Source of the DNA: Eledone cirrhosa
Taxonomy: Eukaryota
DNA length: 64,000 bases
Reading direction: 5' to 3'
NCBI GenBank assembly: GCA_964016885.1
Contig: OZ024741.1
Coordinates: 268,646,001-268,710,000 of the forward strand
How positions within the stretch are numbered: position 1 is the first letter of the stretch; each line of letters starts with the position of its first letter. Shown here in pieces: positions 53,397-64,000 of the stretch. The notes under the pieces are model-generated. The model was not told the DNA's origin, made no database searches, and was given only the letters and a program-made list of their open reading frames with translations. The position numbers and the translations under genes were made by a program.

Positions 53397-53931
53397 TGTG
53401 TTATTCATTCTTAATATATATATATGTTTCTACTTTTGACACAAGGCCAGCAATTATCCTAGTGCATTACTGGTACTTTATTTTATCAACCCCGTAAGGA
53501 TGAACGGCAAATTTAGCCTCGGCGGGATTTGAACTCAGAACGCAAAGGGCCATAACTCCATGCTGCAAAGCATGGTGTCAGACGCTCCACCGATACTACC
53601 AATCCAATGATGGTGTCTCAGCATGGCCTCAGCCTGTCGGCTGGAACACGTAAAAGAGAATATATGATTGGTACCAAATTGTTAGGGTTTTTAGGGCTGT
53701 CTGTGCTCAGAGTTCAAAACCTGTCGGAGCTAAATTTGCCGTTCATATTTTCGGAGACGATTAGAAAAAAAGTACATGTTCAATACCGTGATCGAGTGTG
53801 TCTGGAAGAAATCGTCTATAGAAAAATCTAGAGAGGGATGCACGCCCCTGATGGGAATAAGTGGGGTCTCCTATCTTTCCTAGTTAGTAAAGAGTCTTGT
53901 ACTGGGACTATTTTGTAAATAATTATTATTG

Positions 53932-54170
53932 CGAGGGTCGACTGAAAAGTTCATAGGCTGACCAAGATACTCTCCTGTATTGTGACCAAATGAGGTTTAT
54001 TTTTCAATATAGTCCCCCTTGCAGTTCACACGCTTCTTCCATCGGTGTTGCAGTGCTCGGATCATTGGTGAAGACGTTTTTATCCTGTTGGTTTAAAAAA
54101 AAAAAAAAAGGTCGTCAACAGCAGATATGACGTCATCGTCACTACGATATTGTTTCTTAGCCAAATTTTT
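53932..54170. mobile_element. Mariner-like remnant (one terminus)
   Basis: cgagggtcgactgaaaagttc resembles a mariner TIR; I found no second TIR. Confidence 0.4.
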
Positions 54171-54419
54171 TTCAAGTTATATATAGGGCCACCCTTGTAT
54201 ATGGAATGTTATTATTATGAATTAATTCATTCACCGTATTATCATTCCACCCCTGTGCGAGACTCAAACGATAAGATCAAATCAGAGAGAGCTGCAGACC
54301 TTTTAACCTTGGGGGGGGGGGGGGGGTAATGAACAACCTTCAGCCTCCAGGCGCATGGTAGATTTTTGAGACTTGTTTTAGGAAAAAAGTAGCGTCTTCG
54401 ACGCCGGGAAATACGGTGC

Positions 54420-54760
54420 TTAGGTTTCACCCCCTCCTCATCACCCTTCTCCTTCCTCTTTGGGGGTTCGTGGGAACTTCCAAAGGATCTTATCACAAGC
54501 AACTGTCTCCAGTTAATCCGGCTGGATCTCCAAGCGAGCCCAATCGAACTCATGGGTGTTATCTAACCATCTTGCTCGTGGTCTACATCTGGGTCTCCTG
54601 TCGGTTGCATTTACCCGTAAAATCTGTCCAGCGATTCTTCCCTTGATTCAGAGAAGTCGAGTGTCTTCCTGGAACAACTCCCTGATCTCTGAGCTACGTT
54701 ACTCCAAAGATCCATCGGAGGAACCCCATTTCGGCAGCTTGTATTCCTGACACTCCAATC
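54420..54760 (-). mobile_element. RTE LINE family E (Expander/Rex3-like) 3' fragment
   Basis: Minus-strand IQAAEMGFLRW...RSSEIRE...RRPRCRPRARWLD...WARLEIQP. Confidence 0.75.
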
Positions 54761-55217
54761 CTTAATAGTTTCCCCCTCTCCTGCTTTCTCTTACTCAACT
54801 CCTTTCAGCTAGCTTGAAAGTCCAGCTTGAAAGTCCAGTGGCTCATCATGTTAAGTAATTGAGTTAACACAAGGATTAACATTGCTCTTCAGTTATAGTA
54901 GATATAATCGATTGTACTCGCATTTTAAATTATTACTATTAAGGCGGTGGATGACACGAATCAAAAAGTAAATAGACGGAGAAATGTACTGTGGTATTTA
55001 GTTATATCCCTATCTAGTCTTATTTCAAATATATCGGAGGTTGACTATGCCTGTTGTCCTCAAGTTGATGAAATAAGTAACCCGTAATCACTTCACCGAA
55101 AACTGAGTCTTTCGATTCACTTGTGTTTATAGTCGCTGGTAGTTTCCACCTATGAAATATCTCCCTGGGGCTATCCTTTGATGGTGTATAGTCTTTTCCC
55201 TTCAGTCATGTGGGAGA

Positions 55218-55485
55218 AGCGGCGAATTGGCATCGTCGTTAAAACGTTGGATAGAACACTTTTACCTTTCATTGTTTCAAGGTCGACAAAAAAGTGCCAA
55301 TTCTGTACTGGGATTAACATTCCCCCTATATATATCTTTTTCACTCTCTCGCTCACCCCTTCCTTGGAAAAAATTGGCTATGTGCAGACCTGTAGAGGAT
55401 ATACCAGGCTTTAACAAATGCCCAAGTCACGTATGTCACCACGACGCCCCTGTGACTCCATCAGGAGTTACGGGTCCATACATCT
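55218..55485 (+). mobile_element. tRNA-derived SINE (family of 51312)
   Basis: gcggcgaattggcatcgtcgttaaa...aggtcgacaaaaaagtgcca...aaatgcccaag. Confidence 0.75.
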
Positions 55486-55657
55486 AGGTGAGGCACAAAC
55501 AGTTTTCTCTGTTGGGAAAGATGATGTTGCGAGTGAGAGGTGTCAACAGCAATAAAATAGATGTCATACGTAGATAGAAAGACTAACGTGAGGAAATCAG
55601 TTTACTTTTTCGCCACATGCATATGTATATGTATATTTGTATGTAGTATATATTTAA

Positions 55658-55734
<77 letters not shown>

Positions 55735-56344
55735 GTGTCAGGTCACCAGTTGGTGCTACTGGTAACATGTATCCCAGTACAACCTGTCCCATGGTCGGGT
55801 CGTTGGCGACTAAACTGGCAACCCCACCAAGGTTTCTTGGTGAGGAGGGTGACTTTGGACATCCTGCAGGACTAAAAACAAAACCTGTCAAAGGGCAAAG
55901 GAGCTCTTAAGAGTCAATGGCCATCCAAAATCACCGGGAGAGATGACCCCTTAGCCTTTGTCAAGGCAGAATTCTAGGAGGAGGAAAACTCTGATATAAC
56001 ACCTGCAACCCTGATGGTATCCAATGATGTTGACTTGTTCTTCTTTTTGGTAAATATCATCTTGGTTAAGAGAGTGGGACTGGCTTTGTGCAGTGCCTTT
56101 GCTCACTATAAAAGCTTCATGGCACAGGCATTGCTTTATATCTGGAGATCTCTCTGCACTTGTCGTCACTTGGTACCAAGGGCCAAGCACTATGTGTCAG
56201 TAATTGTCACAAGTGTAGTGTTTGTACCAGAGTTTTCAAGTCGCTGGCTGGACTAAAAAGTCACACCCGTTCAGCGCATCGGTAGGGGTTCTCCTACATT
56301 GATATAAAGTAGTGGCCGTACTCGAAAACGAGTTGGCAGCCACC

Positions 56345-56345
<1 letters not shown>
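55735..56345 (+). mobile_element. Non-coding retroposon, longest copy, structured 5' end
   Basis: Flanked by (TA)n on both sides; homologous to 14066 and 46625. Confidence 0.75.
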
Positions 56346-56375
<30 letters not shown>

Positions 56376-56524
56376 TGTAAAAATATGTGTATATATGTAT
56401 GTAAAATATATGTATATATAGTAATAATAATAAATTTGAAGACTAAAATCCAAAGAGGGCTCGATAAGGATAAATATATATCAAATATATAAGAACTGTA
56501 GAGCAAATTATATATATACACACT

Positions 56525-58121
<1,597 letters not shown>

Positions 58122-58521
58122 CAGACAGTTATTGACGTTTTACATAATCGATGAAAGTTGTAGACGAGAGGTCACAGGTCACTATGGTCCTTCTGAACAG
58201 AATTCCTTTTTATCTTATTCATACCCCCCCCCCCCTATCTCTCCGTCTTTCTCTCCTCCCCCTCATCTTCTCTGTTGTCTCTCCATCTCCCAAGAATTCC
58301 GTCTGGAAACCCTGTTGTCAGCTTCAGTAGCATTCAGTCGATTTCATTTATGATGTCTGAAATATGTTAATTAGTTCTGGCTGTAATAAACATTAGACAA
58401 AGACATTTAAAACATTAGGAGTAGAGATTTTATGGTGGCGGTGTTGGGGTTGATGGTGGTGGGAGTAAGAGGAGGAGGAGGAGGTGGTGATGCTGTGTTA
58501 ACGTATCGGGAAAGTTTCATT

Positions 58522-58558
<37 letters not shown>

Positions 58559-58598
58559 TACTAGGGTAGTGTGTGTGTGAAATGACAGTATGTATGGT

Positions 58599-58660
<62 letters not shown>

Positions 58661-59044
58661 CGGGGTGACTGTGTGATACCATAGTGTGTATATAGTGTAG
58701 GTGTGATGTAGTGTGTATCATATGACAGTATGTATAGTATCGTGAAGTGTAGGTGGGTGGATGGCAGTGTGTGATACCATCGTATACGTGTGATGTACTG
58801 TACTGTACTGTACTGTAGTGTGTATGTGTATGTGTGTGTGTGTGTGTGTCATATGACAGTGTGTATAACATTGTGAAATGTGTGTATCTGTTATGGCATA
58901 GCGTAGTGATCAATTAATTAGCTGCATACTAAATAACAACAACAGCTATTGACTTCTTCTAAAAACAGATTGATAATTTCCTGTTGGCAACAACACTGTG
59001 TGTACTTCAACATGTTTACTTAGCTGTGGACTGATAACTGATAA

Positions 59045-59169
<125 letters not shown>

Positions 59170-59285
59170 ATGATGATGATTGCACGAGCTAGCCCCCCTC
59201 CGTGGCTGCAACAGGCACAACCTGTTCCTCTCAACTTTCGCTCCAACCCAAACTGTTCGACAGAAGCCAGCGCCTCTATTATATA

Positions 59286-62200
59286 CTAGCAGTTTAGCCC
59301 GGCGTTGCTCGGGTTTGTTCATTTACTATGAAAGTTACATACAGGTAAATGTGGCTTGAAAGCGAATAAGCTTATCAATTAAGTGCATAAAGCAGTTGAA
59401 CCGGTTATTAAAAGTTACGAACCAATTAGCATTTTGGACAATCAATGATGGATTAATGATCTTCCAATAGCGAATTTAGTAGACCAAAGTTGCAAGATGG
59501 TGGCCCTGATGCCGCTGGGTGTCAGATCTGTCCGCGATGGGTGACCCTACCAGTTTTCCAAACGGCATAGCTCCAACACCTCCAACACCTGCACCAACAT
59601 CTATAACACCTCTTTGTAGACGATTTTGCGTGTCATCCCTTGAGGAGTGTAAGTAAAAAGTCCATTCCTGCTCCCTACGCGGGAACAGGCAATATAAAGT
59701 TGGCCATGGGAGAAGCATGGCTCCCCCAAATGGATGCCCGCCACCGACAATGTTTGCCCTTGCGACTTGTTAATGGACATGGCAAAACATGGTCTTACCG
59801 GGAATTGGGATCGCCGGTAATCGAACGGGATATCTGACGCCGAGGGGTAAAGGTTCATCCTTTGAATGAAAACATTCTCCCCTCTCCCGCACCCCGTTAC
59901 AATGGTGGCCTCAATCAAGTGGGGCGTCAGTGACTTGACGACCATGCAAGTTCCTTATTAGCATAATGGGACAGCCAACCCTAAGCTTAAGAATGTGAGG
60001 TGGGAGCCCTGGGGGCTCAAGGGAATTTAATATCTCAACCGGATAATTAACGATATCGTTGGGGTCTGACGTCCGGTCGATAGATTTGAAGATGTGCTCT
60101 TTACCGGGATTTTTCTCAATCAGCTGCTCGTTAATAAAATTAACCATGGTATTTTTCGGAGCAAGGATGGCTCTTTCGCTGAGCCAATCGAGGTTTTTAA
60201 AGTTAAATGAGATATTAGGAAAAACTGCTTCCCAAAGGTCAGAAGGGCTGCTCACAATGTTGCACAGGGAGTCGATTGCTATGCCGCCCTTGTCATCAGC
60301 AGGGACCTTGCCGTCACCAAGTGCTAAAATGTTCTGAGCAAATGCTGCAGACATGTCACCATGCAAATGAGCACGCATATTTGTGTTCAGGTACAAACTC
60401 TTCACCTGGAGCCACCCTGGAGCCACAACATGGACGACTTAAGGCAGGCACGCACTTCATCAGCTCTTGTTCCTTTGGGGATGACAGGCAGCCTTTACCG
60501 AAAATCCCCTGATAGCAGAAGGGTTACGCCACCTATAGGAGCCGTAGAATCCCTAATGTCTTTCAGGGTCCTGTCCAATGCCTCAAGGGCACCCTTGTGT
60601 GCCATTGTGCACTCATCCCAAACAATGAGGCAACATCTTTTGAGAACCAGAGCTTCGTGTGAACTCTTGCTGATATTGTATGTTGGTGTCTCAGTTTTTA
60701 CTAAATCCAAGGTGAGTTTAAAGGTTGAATGTGCTGTCCTGCCTCCCGGCAGCAAAGTAGCAGCGATCCCAGACGATGCAACGGCCAACGCAATTTTTTT
60801 CTCCTGATGAATCTTAGCGATAATCAATTTCGTTACAAAAGTTTTTCCGGTACCCCCAGGAGCATCGAGAAAGTAAATACCCCCAGTCTGATTTTGAACC
60901 GCGTTAATGATAGTGAAATAGGCCAATCTTTGGTCCGACAGAAGTTTGGGCTCATTTTTCTCTAAGTATTGGGAAAGAGATTCGATGTCAAATGTTGTTT
61001 CCCGCAACAAATCCGGGGCCAACGTGTTAGATTCCTCTCTGACGGTTGACGGCAAGCCATCGTCGCCAACTCACTCCCACCTATGTTGAGGAGGGCGTCC
61101 TCGATATTAATGAGTGCCCTGTTGTAGATAATGTCGCTGTAGCCAACTTCCACTGAAGTATACTGCAGATGAGCTAGGCGCAGGAAGTCCTCAGACATGA
61201 AGTCTCTGTACTTGACCCATAAAGATTTGGGATCACCCAATTCACACTTTTGAAGCAAATTTGCAAAGAGTTCCCGTAGACCTTTAGGTGATTTCAACAA
61301 AGCACCCTCTGCTAAAGTGGAATCCCATTGCGAATCATCTTCCAAAATACCACGCTTAAAGCAGGCTTCCCGGCACGTATCACATATTTCTCCATCAACA
61401 GTTTTGAGGTCCTGAAAACTTCATGCAGAAGAAGGCGGAGATGAAAGCACTCATGCTGACTTGGGGGCACAGTGTAAACCCTTCCAAGACAGCTGTCAAA
61501 TTTTACATCAGGGTGTCTTTCAACAGCCTGACCTGACTTTCTTCGCTCCCAAGTGTTTTTCGACCATATAAAGTAGGATGGAACCTGGGGGTACACAATT
61601 GTTTGCGCAAATGTATCGAACTGGCAAAGTTTGAAGAAACCCGTCAGAGTGGTCTCTTTCAGATCGGCGGCCAACTTGGCGGCGGTTTGGTCCGTAAAGT
61701 AAACCCTTTGCCCATTTTCCAAATGTACCGCAAGCTGTACGATGGCGGGGTGCCGTTGGTGTAGGGGTAAACCAAATAGGCGCCAAAAAGCTTCATTGCT
61801 ACTGATGTACCGCCCCGCCAGGTATTCTGTGACCTCGTCCCTGCTATTTTCAGCTTGAAATGCGAACATTGCGGCATCAGAGCCCTTATTTACATATTTG
61901 CATATGTATTTTATCGACTTGACGGAGTTGCAAAACTCAACGTTGATGTGGTCCCTTACTGCCCGCCTCTTCAAGAAAAGCGGGCAGTAAGGGACCACCC
62001 ATCTATTGTCGACTTGACCTCCCTTTACTGTTGTGGTGAAGCCACCGTTCTCGGGCTGTCTCCGCCTGTACAGGGGGTACCCGTCGCCACTAGTCTGAGT
62101 CTGGTCAACAAATTTTTTTGGGTATCCCTTACTGCACGACTCCCCTTTCAGACACGTCTGATGCTCATTAGGACCTGACGCACACGGACCATGTTAGCTT

Positions 62201-62495
62201 TGACGATGTCATGTAATTCCTGGCCAGTTGCTGGGTTAGGGATTTCAGCCGAAATGAGCGCTGTCTATGGCATTTGAATTGATTTTATCAGATAACCAAA
62301 TCAAAATGTGAGCACGTGGCAGCCCTCGTTTTTGCCATTCGACGGTGAACATGTCACATTTACAGCCCCAAATACCTGACCCTTTTTTATTAAAGCCATG
62401 AGTTTAGCCAGTTTCAGTCTGAACACTCTGGCAATGAAGTCATGTCTGTTCGAATAATTTTGCCCAGGAAAAAGTTCACGGGTCACATTCCGATT
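59286..62495 (-). mobile_element. Helitron (RepHel), 5'-truncated, multiply frameshifted
   Basis: EWQKRGLPRAH, HINVEFCNSVKSIKYICKYVNKG, DAPGGTGKT, VWDE, SGDFR, SINKSQGQT, FSHGQLYIACSRV; minus-strand end cccgagcaacgccggg-ctaaactg-CTAG|T. Confidence 0.94.
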
Positions 62496-62593
62496 CATAT
62501 GTCTATAGCATTAATCTGTTATATGAAGTGTTATTTTGCGGGTTGTTATTTGCAATAAGCCGATTGAAAATGCCCCAGATAACCCGTATGGCA

Positions 62594-62793
62594 ATACGGA
62601 ACGCTCCACTGCAGTGTTGTCATATAGGGAGTGAAGAGCGACAGAGAGAGTAAAGCAGTTAAATTATAGAGAGGGGGAATATACGGAACGCTCCATTTGA
62701 TCATAAACATTGTTTCTCTCTCTGCAGTGTTGTCATATAGGAAGTGAAGAGCGACAGAGAGAGTAAAGCAGTTAAATTATAGAGAGGGGGAAT
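62594..62793. repeat. Tandem duplication (~90-110 bp)
   Basis: atacggaacgctcca...ctgcagtgttgtcatatagg...agagagggggaat occurs twice. Confidence 0.9.
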
Positions 62794-62858
62794 GATCATG
62801 ATCGATTTTTGCCCTTATTGTTGATGGATTTGAAATGTTTTTGCTTCATGACCAAAGG

Positions 62859-62897
<39 letters not shown>

Positions 62898-63037
62898 ACA
62901 CACCACACACCACACACCACACACCACACACACCACACACCACACACCACACACACACACCACACACCACACACCACACACCACACACCACACACTCGCA
63001 CACACACACACACGTGTGTATATGTAAAATTAAGAAT

Positions 63038-63110
63038 GGTTTTTCGAAGAGGAACGGAATGAGTTTGGAACTAGCTGCTGAAACGGCAAGAAGCTCAGCC
63101 GTCGAAGTCC
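63038..63110 (+). ncRNA. Hammerhead-like motif, long-stem-III family, core degenerate
   Basis: ggtttt-tcGAAGA-...-GAAA-cggc(aagaagctca)gccg-TC-gaagtc. Confidence 0.6.
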
Positions 63111-63479
63111 TGGCTCTTTATAATGCAACCACATTCTACTACCTCAAGTATCGAGTACTCTGTTGAGTAATGGTCTAACCAGTTTCAAACTGAATCCATC
63201 CTGATTTTTAGCAAAGAGAGCTTGCCATGCAGCCATCTGTACACGTTATTGGCAGTCTGCTGCTGCTTTTGAAGTGGTGGCCAACATCTTAGAAGATTGA
63301 CAGATATGTACAGTAGACGAAACAACCACCCACCAGGTGTCCATAGACAGACAGACATATAGGTCAGCAGACTTTGGAGAGAGAGAAAGGCGAACAATGC
63401 TATGGAGATGATGATGGCGACGAGAATATAGATAATAATTAAACTTGCAGGGAAGAAGGGAATATATATATATATATAT

Positions 63480-63570
63480 AATGTAGGAGGTGAGTTTTAT
63501 TGTAGTACAATAAAGCAATGCAGATATCGGATAAGAAGCACTCTACGGTTTGTGGGACTGGAGTATGCAT
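63480..63570 (-). repeat. Dispersed copy of 34455-34545
   Basis: Near-exact reverse complement, including caataaaactcacctcctacat; flanked by (TA)n. Confidence 0.92.
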
Positions 63571-64000
63571 ATATATATATATATATCACTAACTCCCGCG
63601 CTGTATCTATCTATGTATGTCTCTGTGTGTGTATGTGTATGTATCTATCTATGCACATATATTATGTGTATATGTATGTAAGTATATATATATATATATG
63701 TGTGTGTGTGTGCATTTATCTGTACACACACACACACATGATAGAGAGAGAGTAAAGAAAGAGAGAGAGAGAGAGAGCGAGCGAGTGTGTGTGTGTGTGT
63801 GTGTGCGCGTGTGTCTGGTTGTGAGCAGTAAAGACAAGCAGCTTGTTTTGTCTACTACTGCTAGTTTTTTTTTCTATTTCTGTTTATCTCAGTTTCTACT
63901 CCTCTCAACCTAGTGTTGCCGTGCTTGTGTATAAGCTTATCTTTCTTTCCCTCTCTCATACACAAACACGAACGCACAGACACAGGCAAATACACACTCA

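Noticed and set aside
62496-62860. 5' portion of the minus-strand Helitron
   Set aside because: Coding similarity stops near 62495 and no TC terminus could be placed.
63190-63440. Possible decayed LINE 3' end
   Set aside because: The motifs are too degenerate to assign by eye.

Overview
AT-rich eukaryotic (animal) DNA made almost entirely of repeats; I cannot support any host protein-coding gene in it. The repeat content suggests an octopus or other coleoid cephalopod (inference): tRNA/CORE-type SINEs, RTE LINEs with (GAT)n tails and kilobase (TA)n-derived tracts. The window holds about 15 RTE-clade LINE copies from at least five families. Families A and B, and a degenerate C, carry a C4HC3 PHD-type finger inside the reverse transcriptase; one A copy has a stop-free ORF of about 985 codons (11017-13978, minus). 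It also holds a CR1 fragment, two decayed Rep/PIF1 Helitrons, two non-autonomous Helitrons, a DD37D (maT) transposon, many SINEs and a 40-bp minisatellite. The least-annotated signal is about 15 hammerhead-ribozyme-like motifs (CTGANGA-stem II-GAAA-stem III-TH-stem I). They sit in short non-coding units next to (TA)n tracts and often next to fold-back palindromes, resembling Penelope pseudo-LTRs or retrozymes, and include a repeated non-canonical CAGAAGA core. Nearly all elements are inserted in (TA)n. All structures were read by eye, and element boundaries are approximate unless stated as exact.
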